Shown here: positions 50,626 to 59,662 of the stretch, piece after piece
How positions within the stretch are numbered: the first letter of the stretch is position 1
How the letters are laid out: every line of letters begins with the position of its first letter
DNA from: a virus
Taxonomy: Duplodnaviria; Caudoviricetes
IMG/VR virus record: IMGVR_UViG_3300028591_003737
Coordinates: 105,615 to 169,614 of that record
DNA: 64,000 nucleotides
Direction: 5' to 3' (one strand)
Notes under the pieces: generated by a model
The model's database searches: none
What the model was told of the DNA's origin: nothing
Seen by the model: only the letters and a program-made list of their open reading frames with translations
Translations under genes and position numbers: made by a program

Positions 50626-50970
50626 TTATTCCCAATAATTTTTAGGATTTAAACAATTATCTCCAAAAGTGCCGCATAAATCCTTTCTACCATCAACATA
50701 ATGCCATATATCAAGAGCAATATCTTTAGTAGTTTTTATTTCTTCATTTAAAACAAATCTAAGATTTAAATCAGTATTTATTTCATCTAATAATTTTTGA
50801 TTAAAAATTTTAATAATCCAATAAAGATGTTCTATATGATTAAAATTACCTTGTTCATCTTCTATTCTTTTATAACAATCAGATATTTCATAATCTAAAT
50901 GAAATTTAATTACTTCATCATCTTTAATATTCATTAAATCTTCAATATGTTCTAATTCTTTTACTCGCAT
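50626..50970 (-). CDS. Hypothetical protein
   Basis: 114-aa ORF. Confidence 0.65.
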   Translation of the reverse strand: MRVKELEHIEDLMNIKDDEVIKFHLDYEISDCYKRIEDEQGNFNHIEHLYWIIKIFNQKLLDEINTDLNLRFVLNEEIKTTKDIALDIWHYVDGRKDLCGTFGDNCLNPKNYWE

Positions 50971-51128
50971 ATCAATTCAACTTTAGTAATTTTAACTTCA
51001 TCAGTAAGTCCATGTTTATATATACCTACTTCAACTGCATCATATTCATCATAGACATTATCCACATAGAATTCACCTTTTGATGAATAACTATCACCAT
51101 ATAAATAAGAAACTTTATACGTTGCCAT
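50961..51128 (-). CDS. Small hypothetical protein (55 aa, not in ORF track)
   Basis: MATYKVSYLYGDSYSSKGEFYVDNVYDEYDAVEVGIYKHGLTDEVKITKVELICE*; early-type promoter at 51164-51193. Confidence 0.6.
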   Translation of the reverse strand: MATYKVSYLYGDSYSSKGEFYVDNVYDEYDAVEVGIYKHGLTDEVKITKVELICE

Positions 51129-51189
51129 ATATTATTGATATATTTTTTTAGTTTATATATAATAATATAGAAAAAGAGGTTGAATTAAA

Positions 51190-51831
51190 TCAACCTCTTT
51201 TAGTATACCATGATGGTTTTTTCTTTAATTTATTACAATCTTTAAACATTAAAGTTTTTTTACCAATTCTTTTATAATCCCAAGATTCTAAATCTCTATT
51301 AAAATTCTTACAACCCCAGAACATATAATCACAATCACAACCATTTTCTCTGAATTTCCAATTAGATATATCTTCATTAAATAATTCACAATTCATGAAC
51401 ATACTTTTTGTACTTCTACAATTATCTAATTCCCAATATCTTAAACCATTTCCTTCAAAGTTTTTACAATTCAAGAACATACCATACATGTCTTGAACAT
51501 TATGTACATCCCATTTAGATAAATCACAATCAAAGTTTACACAATCTCTAAACATTTCATCCATATCTTTTACATTAGATACATCCCAATCAGATATATT
51601 AATATTATATATCTTATCTCCGAATGGTTTAAATAAATCACTCATATAATCTATTTTAGATACATCAATATCATTTAAATCTGCATCTCTTCCTCTTTCA
51701 TTAATAAGTCTTTCAAGAAGTTCACTTAATTCTTTTTTATTTTCTGGAAAGAATTGAGGTTCTACTTCTTTTTTAACTTCTGAATGATTAAACTTAAGTT
51801 TTTCTATTATGTAGTTATCTATATGTTTCAT
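51190..51831 (-). CDS. DUF285/BspA-like repeat protein with CTS-like leader
   Basis: Repeats ISDWDVSNVKDMDEMF / LSKWDVHNVQDMYGMF / FNEDISNW; starts MKHIDNYIIEKLKFN. Confidence 0.8.
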   Translation of the reverse strand: MKHIDNYIIEKLKFNHSEVKKEVEPQFFPENKKELSELLERLINERGRDADLNDIDVSKIDYMSDLFKPFGDKIYNINISDWDVSNVKDMDEMFRDCVNFDCDLSKWDVHNVQDMYGMFLNCKNFEGNGLRYWELDNCRSTKSMFMNCELFNEDISNWKFRENGCDCDYMFWGCKNFNRDLESWDYKRIGKKTLMFKDCNKLKKKPSWYTKRG

Positions 51832-51834
51832 GAA

Positions 51835-52134
51835 TTATTGTTTAATATATTTTACTATAAATTCAGCAATTTGATCTTTTATTTTATCTTTCTTATCATC
51901 TTGTAAAAATTCATCATCAGATGGTTGATATGCAAGATATTCTTTTGGATATTTCTCTGCTAAACAATCTGATAATTTCTTTAATCTACCTTCAACATCA
52001 CAAATTCCATCAAGTAATTCACTATAATTTTCTTTAGTAAAGTTTTTACTTGACTTAAACATATTTATTGTTATTTCACACCAAAGAGGATGTTTCTTTA
52101 ATTCCTCAGTAATATATTCATTAATCTTTATCAT
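51835..52134 (-). CDS. Leader-bearing small protein
   Basis: MIKINEYITEEL. Confidence 0.7.
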   Translation of the reverse strand: MIKINEYITEELKKHPLWCEITINMFKSSKNFTKENYSELLDGICDVEGRLKKLSDCLAEKYPKEYLAYQPSDDEFLQDDKKDKIKDQIAEFIVKYIKQ

Positions 52135-52136
52135 AA

Positions 52137-52595
52137 TTAAATTACTCCTGAAATTATAAAACTTTTTGTATCATCAGTTATTGAAAATCCAATAATTCTA
52201 TCTGATAAACAATATCTTTCAACATACTTAGATAAATTTCCATTATCTAAAATTACTTCTGTACTAGTTTGTGAAGCAACTATATCATTTATTTTATCTC
52301 TATCTTGTTTTGAATATTTTCCATAACTTGGAATATACTTTTCAATAAAATCTTTACTTTCTTCAGATAATTTTCCTTTATTTGGATAATCAGTAGTTCC
52401 TCTATAAAGATATTTAAAATCTTCAATTTTAGAAACATGCATATCTTTAAAAAGTTTTTTAATATTTTCACTTTCTTTTAACTCTTCCCAATCAAATAAT
52501 TCAGATATAGTTTTTAAAAAATCATCCATATCTGATACTTTAGTATTCTTATCTAAATGAAGTTTTTCTATTATATATGTATTAAGTTTTATCAT
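52137..52595 (-). CDS. Leader-bearing small protein (EKLHLNK family)
   Basis: MIKLNTYIIEKLHLDKN. Confidence 0.75.
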   Translation of the reverse strand: MIKLNTYIIEKLHLDKNTKVSDMDDFLKTISELFDWEELKESENIKKLFKDMHVSKIEDFKYLYRGTTDYPNKGKLSEESKDFIEKYIPSYGKYSKQDRDKINDIVASQTSTEVILDNGNLSKYVERYCLSDRIIGFSITDDTKSFIISGVI

Positions 52596-52610
52596 TATTT
52601 AATATTTTCT

Positions 52611-53006
52611 TTATTTAATATTTTCTTTTAAAAAATTATAAAAACTATTAAAGAGATTATTCATATTATCTCTATCATCAAGATCATTATATTCTATTTT
52701 ATTTTTTGATGACCATCCATTTTCATCTGGCCAATCTATAGTATCATTATAAATTAAAGATAATTCTAAATGATGCATATCAGAATATCTAAATATATGA
52801 ATAAATTTTTCGGTATCTGATAAATAAATATTTAAAGCACTTTTATGATCTTTTCCTTTTAAATATCTAGATATAACTTTTTTATTATCAGATAATTCTA
52901 AATCACTTAATTTAGAAATAGATAATAAATTTATATTAGATTCTTTTGCTTCACTGTTTTTATTAAGTTGAAGTTTCTCAATTATATATGTATTAAGTTC
53001 TTTCAT
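52611..53006 (-). CDS. Leader-bearing small protein (EKLHLNK family)
   Basis: MKELNTYIIEKLQLNKN. Confidence 0.75.
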   Translation of the reverse strand: MKELNTYIIEKLQLNKNSEAKESNINLLSISKLSDLELSDNKKVISRYLKGKDHKSALNIYLSDTEKFIHIFRYSDMHHLELSLIYNDTIDWPDENGWSSKNKIEYNDLDDRDNMNNLFNSFYNFLKENIK

Positions 53007-53704
53007 TATGCTCCTAATTCTTTTTTTAATTCATCAATAAATTGTTGACTCCATTTAAAATTTTTATCATTTACCCTATAATTATAATATGTTCCTCCAA
53101 TTATAAATATTATTTCACATTTAGCACTTTTATTCTTATAAGTTACTTTAAAAGGTAAAGCAATTTTTCCATTTCTTTCTTTCATTATTTCAAGAGCTTC
53201 TTTTGAATAACTATCATAATCAGTATAATTAAATTCTATTCTATACTTTTGATTCTTAATTATTACATCTAATAAAGTTTCAATAACATCATAATATTCT
53301 GCTGCTAATTTAGTAGGTAAATCATGTAATTCTTCTGGTTTAGCTAATTCATAAGCATTTATAAAATCTTGAGGTTTAGCATTATATTGATCTATTCCTC
53401 TATCAACAAAATATGAACCAAAATTACCTGGAAGAGAAATTAGTGTATTTTTATAAATATATGGTACAGAATTAGTCATTATCATTATTGTAACCCATTT
53501 TTTAATACAACTATTAGCACTTAAACATTTATTAGAAAGATTTTTACATCTTTCTCTATCATAACCAACACTATATCTTGATGTAGAATTAAAAATATCT
53601 TTTACCTTTTCTTCATCTTCTTTAGTGATAGTATATGTATTGATATCTTTAATATCTTTATTAAGTTTAAGTTTCTCTACTATATAATTATCTAATTCTA
53701 TCAT
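53006..53704 (-). CDS. Leader-bearing protein (EKLHLNK family)
   Basis: Likely start is MIELDNYIVEKLKLNKD (53704). Confidence 0.75.
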   Translation of the reverse strand: MIELDNYIVEKLKLNKDIKDINTYTITKEDEEKVKDIFNSTSRYSVGYDRERCKNLSNKCLSANSCIKKWVTIMIMTNSVPYIYKNTLISLPGNFGSYFVDRGIDQYNAKPQDFINAYELAKPEELHDLPTKLAAEYYDVIETLLDVIIKNQKYRIEFNYTDYDSYSKEALEIMKERNGKIALPFKVTYKNKSAKCEIIFIIGGTYYNYRVNDKNFKWSQQFIDELKKELGA

Positions 53705-53705
53705 A

Positions 53706-53897
53706 TTATCCTTTATGTGCAAAATATGCTTTTAATGCATTTTCAGCATCTGTTTTTGTATGATATTTAGCTTTCCAATATCCTCGTTTAGGTGTATTAG
53801 TTCCTTTACCAGCATGTCCTTTTATTCTCCAATAATCACCAACTTTTACAATGACATCTTCAAGTTCTTCTGTTAAATATTGTTTTAATGTTTTCAT
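53706..53897 (-). CDS. Leader-bearing small basic protein
   Basis: MKTLKQYLTEEL; late motif at 53899-53911 immediately upstream. Confidence 0.7.
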   Translation of the reverse strand: MKTLKQYLTEELEDVIVKVGDYWRIKGHAGKGTNTPKRGYWKAKYHTKTDAENALKAYFAHKG

Positions 53898-53914
53898 ATA
53901 TATAAAAATAAAAA

Positions 53915-55546
53915 TTAAGGTGTGACTAAACCATTTAAGTCAATAATCTTTCTAGCAGTATCATTAATTAAAAGATTAGAATTTGTTGGGTACATTTGAA
54001 GTATTTCACTAACATTATCTATATAAATATCAAATACTTTAATATTTGTTATATTACCATAAAATGAACTTAATATAACTTCTGATTTAGTATCTATAAC
54101 TAATTCAATATCAAATCTTGATACACTCTTTATAGAATTATCAATATCAAACCAATAATGATGGTTTTGTAATTTATAAATAGGTAAATCAGCATGTGTA
54201 TATTCTGAAGCAGAAAATTCTGAAACATTCAAATCTTGACTATATCTGAAATATACAAAATATGTTTTATCTGGAGTTAATTCTAATGACATATTTTTAA
54301 GATTAATTAAAGTAAGTTTACAGCTAGTTTTTGTTTGTTTTATCTTAATTTTAATATGTCCAACTTCAAATAATACTCCTTCATAATTTTCTTGACGAGG
54401 AGTAATTATAAATGAGAATGTTCCTTGATTTGAACAGAATGTTCTTTGGTAAACTATTTTACCAGATTTATATCCATTAAATGTATAAATATCATCAGCA
54501 ATCATTGTACCACGATAATAAAGAACACCTTGTTTAAAGTCAATAGCATCTACACTCATATATTTTCTTGTAGAGTCACTTTCAAATACAGCATATAATC
54601 CATCTGGTGAATATGATGGTGTAGTTGTTGATTCTTCTCCTGAACCAAGATTTTCTTCATCTCCAAATAAATCTTCATACTTATTCTTTACAAAACTGTT
54701 AACCATAGCTTCAGTATCTTTAAGATCAACACTATCTTTTTCTTGATATTTTACAAGAGTTACATGGAAAGTAGTTGCATTCCACATGAAGGCATCTTTC
54801 TTTTCTTCATATGCTTCATTAACCATCCACATTCTCTTCATCATTGGAATATATATCAAGTCTCCTTCAGTTGGTTGAGCAGTATTACCAAATGCTGTAG
54901 CAAACATTCCTTTAGAAATTTCTGTTTCCCAATCTGTCTGCCAATCAAGACCCCAGTCATTAAATTCTGGTTTAGATGATGGCATCTGATTATCAGTAAT
55001 TATAATCTTAATTTGTTTTACTGAGTCAACATTTAATAATGTATATTCTTTAAATGTTATATCTTTACTATTAGTTTCTGGAGAAAGTTTAAAATAATAA
55101 CAAGGAATACCAACTACACATGCAACTGTTTCTGTTAATTGTTGTTGAAGAGCAATAGCACATTCCATATTTATATATGGATTATACATATTAGTTGTAC
55201 TTACTCCACTTGAACAATAACTAAATGTAAAACCACTTTCAATACTTGTTGTATAATCATAAAAATTATTACCATTGATAATAACTCCATTAACTTGTCC
55301 TTTAACTTTTACTCTAAGATAAAAGTCATTCTTTAAATCAATAATATTTCTGATAAATGTATCATAATCCATATAGCATGACCAGCAAAGTCCATCAATA
55401 CTATATGCAAATTGTAATACAGAATTATCATAAGTATTATTACATGAATCAAGTATTTGAATATTACTTAAATCATTGAAAGCAAAATTAATATTTATAA
55501 TTTGTGAAGGAGAACATCCTTCTAAACAAGTATTTTGAAAGTTCAT
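53915..55546 (-). CDS. Neck/head-closure protein (gp14-like) with N- and C-terminal extensions
   Basis: GIPCYYF..FNDWGL..PTEGDLIYIPM..WMVNEAYEE. Confidence 0.65.
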   Translation of the reverse strand: MNFQNTCLEGCSPSQIININFAFNDLSNIQILDSCNNTYDNSVLQFAYSIDGLCWSCYMDYDTFIRNIIDLKNDFYLRVKVKGQVNGVIINGNNFYDYTTSIESGFTFSYCSSGVSTTNMYNPYINMECAIALQQQLTETVACVVGIPCYYFKLSPETNSKDITFKEYTLLNVDSVKQIKIIITDNQMPSSKPEFNDWGLDWQTDWETEISKGMFATAFGNTAQPTEGDLIYIPMMKRMWMVNEAYEEKKDAFMWNATTFHVTLVKYQEKDSVDLKDTEAMVNSFVKNKYEDLFGDEENLGSGEESTTTPSYSPDGLYAVFESDSTRKYMSVDAIDFKQGVLYYRGTMIADDIYTFNGYKSGKIVYQRTFCSNQGTFSFIITPRQENYEGVLFEVGHIKIKIKQTKTSCKLTLINLKNMSLELTPDKTYFVYFRYSQDLNVSEFSASEYTHADLPIYKLQNHHYWFDIDNSIKSVSRFDIELVIDTKSEVILSSFYGNITNIKVFDIYIDNVSEILQMYPTNSNLLINDTARKIIDLNGLVTP

Positions 55547-55567
55547 ATTTTTATATTAAAGTATTTT

Positions 55568-57424
55568 TTAAAAAGCATTTGTTTTAAAAGGTATTTTATC
55601 TGTACCCCAAATTTTAAATCCTGTATCTGATTCTTGTGTATTATTTTGTTTAGATGACATTTCATCAGTTAAATCTTTATTAATAATATTAGCTGGTGGT
55701 TCAACTTCTTCTCCATCAAATATACTAGCAACAAATTCTCTATATAAATTATCATTATCAGAACCTTTACCAAGATTCCATCCTCTAATACCTGGGCAAC
55801 ATTTACCCATAATATCATAGTGACGTATTACTCTTTCAGGAGGTATATTAAATTCTTTTACTAATAATTTACATAAATATCTTGTATTAGCTAAAACTTC
55901 ATCAGTAAAATAAAAATGAGGATCATTAGGAACCCATTTACCACCATTAGCAAGAGTTGAAGACATTTCAATAGATACTGAATTATTATTATTTGCATTT
56001 TTACCTGCTGATGTACCACTTGAACTCCATCTTTGAACAGCAGTACTAGCCCATTTTGTAATATCATCAGCTAATTGTATTATTAGGTTATCATCTACAG
56101 CAAAATCTGAAGAAAGTTCACGAGTATTAAGTGTTCTTAATGTATTCATCGCATTATTTTTTCCAGAAGTAGTTGATGCTGAATAGTGAAGTATAATATA
56201 TTGAATAGTACTTGTTCTTTTAAACATAAATTGTGTTTGATTAACAACAGTAATACCTTTAGCATTTGGTTTTTCAGGAACAATTGGTATATTTTTTCCA
56301 CTACCTTTATAAGTTTTACTTTCAAATGATCCTTCAAAATTCATCATTGATAATTGACCAAATGATGGGAATATATCTAATAAATTAAGATCATCAATAG
56401 GAACTCCACAACAAAATTGAGATAATATTTTAGCAACTAATAAAGATACGATAAAATCATTTGGTATTTCATTATATGATTTATTAGTATTTAATTTTTC
56501 TTCTTCTTTATTTTTATCTATTTTTTCTTCTATTGATTCAAATGTTTTAGAATAATCTTTTGCTTCAGTTAAAAGATATGCTGCATATAATAATTTATGA
56601 TCATCATCTTCTAAATCATTTCTTTGTTTAGGTTTTCTATCATAACTTAAATAATCAAATAATGTTCTATCATCTCCACTATTTTTCTCAGAATTTTGAA
56701 TAATATAACATAATATACTAACCCATGAATTTAAATCTAACATACTTAAAAGACCATGTTTAGCAGTATTATATTTTGTTTCATTAGTAGTTATTGATTT
56801 AACATTAGTATTTACTGCGAAAGAAGCACTATGATTTAAATTTAAAGCTTCTATTATTTTCTTTTTATCAGGCCATTTATTAATACCTAATAATCCTTCT
56901 TTACGTCTAGTCCAATCTTTATTATTTTCATATACATCAAAATATGTTGGATCCCATTTACTTTTAGAAAATATCATTCCACAAAGCATATATGCACTTT
57001 GTCTAGGAAATTTTAAACTTCTTAAAGTATCAAATAAATCTTTACCCATATATAATTCTTGAATGTTATGTGGGAATTTTTCTTCATAATAATCAAAAAC
57101 TATACTACTACCAATATTATCTTGAATATATTTAATTAAATCTGGAGGAATAATAAAATAATCATCATCTCTATATAACATTGCTATAGCACCTTCTGCT
57201 GATAAATTACTATATTCATTACTTCTAGAATCTTGAATTATAAAATTTTTAAATTCAATTAAATTATCTTCATTTTCAGTAGGAATAATATTATTTATAT
57301 CATCGCCATAAAAAGACATATACATACCAATTAAACTAGAACGAATATTAGAAATCGTTCTATAAATATCATCTTCTTGACGTTCTGATAGCCAATCTAT
57401 TTTAATATTTTCATCATTATTCAT
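55568..57424 (-). CDS. N-acetylmuramoyl-L-alanine amidase (Amidase_2-like C-terminal domain) with long N-terminal region
   Basis: YIILHYSA..SSDFAVDD..NNNSVSIEM..VIRHYDIMGKCCPG; likely start is MNNDEN (57424), after the late motif at 57427-57439. Confidence 0.8.
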   Translation of the reverse strand: MNNDENIKIDWLSERQEDDIYRTISNIRSSLIGMYMSFYGDDINNIIPTENEDNLIEFKNFIIQDSRSNEYSNLSAEGAIAMLYRDDDYFIIPPDLIKYIQDNIGSSIVFDYYEEKFPHNIQELYMGKDLFDTLRSLKFPRQSAYMLCGMIFSKSKWDPTYFDVYENNKDWTRRKEGLLGINKWPDKKKIIEALNLNHSASFAVNTNVKSITTNETKYNTAKHGLLSMLDLNSWVSILCYIIQNSEKNSGDDRTLFDYLSYDRKPKQRNDLEDDDHKLLYAAYLLTEAKDYSKTFESIEEKIDKNKEEEKLNTNKSYNEIPNDFIVSLLVAKILSQFCCGVPIDDLNLLDIFPSFGQLSMMNFEGSFESKTYKGSGKNIPIVPEKPNAKGITVVNQTQFMFKRTSTIQYIILHYSASTTSGKNNAMNTLRTLNTRELSSDFAVDDNLIIQLADDITKWASTAVQRWSSSGTSAGKNANNNNSVSIEMSSTLANGGKWVPNDPHFYFTDEVLANTRYLCKLLVKEFNIPPERVIRHYDIMGKCCPGIRGWNLGKGSDNDNLYREFVASIFDGEEVEPPANIINKDLTDEMSSKQNNTQESDTGFKIWGTDKIPFKTNAF

Positions 57425-57490
57425 ACTATATAAAAATAAAAAATCATAGCGATATGCTATGATTTTCATATATTATATTTAGATTTTAAA

Positions 57491-58333
57491 TTAATTATTA
57501 AATCTTGCTCTATCAAGTAATGTACTGATTATCTGTACTGAATGATTTAATGCTGCAATAATTTCAGCTTTAGGTGGATGTACATTTCCATCTTTATAAT
57601 GAAGTGTTAAGAAACCAAGTGGACCATTAATACCTTCTAGAACAATAAATGCACCGAAGTTAGCATCTACAACTCTAAGTTTTGCAGCAAAATATCTATC
57701 TTGTTTTTCTACTTCATCAGTTGAACCAATCCATGTTCCTTTTTTATAATTAAGGGCTACAAAAGGTAATTTAGCTAAATTGAAATTCTTAAATTCGTCT
57801 TGAGCGAAATTTACATTATTACTAATCTGTTCATATGCCATATCTCCATAAATAAATGGGAATCCGGATGCATTATTTGTACCATTATGTAATTCGACAA
57901 TAGCTGCACGATCAGCATCAAGTTTTATAAGTAAACTTTTTAATTCACTATCAATAAGAGCACTGTTATCAAGTCTCTTTATTGACATTTTAACATGTTC
58001 CTTTCTTACTTCTTCAGCTTTACGTGTCATTGCTTCTTCATATTCACCAATTCGTTGTTCTTTTGTTGAAGCTCTATCTTCACGTTGTACACTTTTAGAT
58101 AACTGATAAAAACCAGCTATCGAACAGAATAATGCAAATACTACCCATAAACCATCCATTTTAAATGAACCAAAAAATTCTACTGGGTTAGTAATACAAG
58201 TTGGATTAGTAAGGATAAATATTGAAATAAAAACAAGAAGAACCATCCCAATATTCTTCATAAAATAACCAAAGCCCTTAGTTGTTTTCTTTTCTAAGTT
58301 CTCCTTAAATTTATCAATATCATTAATATTCAT
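57491..58333 (-). CDS. Probable holin-like membrane protein (TM helices plus GAF-like domain)
   Basis: Two hydrophobic helices, then ADRAAIVELHNG..YE..GFLTLHY; adjacent to the amidase; late motif at 58405-58417. Confidence 0.5.
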   Translation of the reverse strand: MNINDIDKFKENLEKKTTKGFGYFMKNIGMVLLVFISIFILTNPTCITNPVEFFGSFKMDGLWVVFALFCSIAGFYQLSKSVQREDRASTKEQRIGEYEEAMTRKAEEVRKEHVKMSIKRLDNSALIDSELKSLLIKLDADRAAIVELHNGTNNASGFPFIYGDMAYEQISNNVNFAQDEFKNFNLAKLPFVALNYKKGTWIGSTDEVEKQDRYFAAKLRVVDANFGAFIVLEGINGPLGFLTLHYKDGNVHPPKAEIIAALNHSVQIISTLLDRARFNN

Positions 58334-58436
58334 TTTATTTAATTTAAGCTAAATTTTGCATAAAACTTTTCACATAATATACAATGAATTTATCTTAAAT
58401 TTTATAATTAAAAATAATACAAAAACAAACCTATTA

Positions 58437-58470
58437 AAAAAGATGGAAGCAAGAGAACCTTACTTCCATC
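58437..58470 (-). terminator. Intrinsic terminator
   Basis: agatggaag / cttccatct hairpin with an A-run. Confidence 0.7.
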
Positions 58471-58497
58471 TAATAATAAAATATATTAATAGAAAAA

Positions 58498-59589
58498 TTA
58501 GTTATAATAAACTTCTTCTGAACTTTGTATTTTTGTTGTATAAACTAAGAACTTATTTGATTTTTCATCAAAGTCTAATTTAGTACAAACATAAGAATTA
58601 TCATCTATAATAGGAACAGATTTATTAATTTCAATAGTAGGTCCACCAACAGGATCAATCATATAAATTTCTCCTTCATTTTTATAAATCTGTTGTATTG
58701 GATATTGTGTACAAAGTTTATAAACACTATTCCATTGATGTTCTTCTGAATATTCATTGATTAATCTGAGATAATTACAAACATCATCTCTTGTTTGAAG
58801 ATTATAAATTATATCACTAAATTCAATATTTGTATGAAGAATATTCCAAATCTTTTCGAATAATTCATCATAAGTACCATTATTAGTGATTATATAATCC
58901 CATCTATCTTCTTCATCAAGATCATGTTCTGCAATATTATCAAGTTGTTGTACATCATCTCTTTGAATAGAAATTGTTATACCATTATTCTTATGGATAT
59001 AATTTATTTCATGATTAAATCTTATATCTGTAAGAATTACATATTTAAGATTATGATTTTTCTGTTGTTCATGTTTAACAAGATTACTTACAATATTTAC
59101 AAATACATTCTTATTCAAATCTTGTTGAAGAACATATGTACCTACATAAACAAGAATTTCACGAAGACTCATCCAATATTTATCTTCTGATGCTTTATAT
59201 ACAGCAATATTATTATAATATTCCTCTGATGTTACTATATAATTATCAAGAGGCTTTACTTCTGTATACTTAAAATCTTTATTGATACATACCCATGCAT
59301 TTGCTTTATTTTGATAAAATCTATTTACTGGAATACCAAAAATATTTGAGCAAATAATTTTAAGCTGATCAGCGAATGCTACACAATAAACAGGATTATT
59401 TTCTGTTTTTATTTCATTAGGATTATATGTTGCAGAAATTGTTGGAGAAGTATAAACTGATTTATAATATTGTTTACATTCTTCTAAATTATTCCAATGA
59501 AAATTTAATATTGTTTTAATCATTTTTGCTACAGTGTCCTTTCCACTACCAGCAAAACCATTAAGACCGATATATAATAAATTTGACAT
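58498..59589 (-). CDS. Deoxynucleoside monophosphate kinase (T4 gp1-like)
   Basis: IGLNGFAGSGKDT, AFADQLK, LREILVYVGT, TDIRFNHE. Confidence 0.85.
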   Translation of the reverse strand: MSNLLYIGLNGFAGSGKDTVAKMIKTILNFHWNNLEECKQYYKSVYTSPTISATYNPNEIKTENNPVYCVAFADQLKIICSNIFGIPVNRFYQNKANAWVCINKDFKYTEVKPLDNYIVTSEEYYNNIAVYKASEDKYWMSLREILVYVGTYVLQQDLNKNVFVNIVSNLVKHEQQKNHNLKYVILTDIRFNHEINYIHKNNGITISIQRDDVQQLDNIAEHDLDEEDRWDYIITNNGTYDELFEKIWNILHTNIEFSDIIYNLQTRDDVCNYLRLINEYSEEHQWNSVYKLCTQYPIQQIYKNEGEIYMIDPVGGPTIEINKSVPIIDDNSYVCTKLDFDEKSNKFLVYTTKIQSSEEVYYN

Positions 59590-59662
59590 TTCTATTAATA
59601 TACATTATTTTATTGTATAATATAGAAATGTCAATTAAATATATTCAGTTAATTATTAATTC

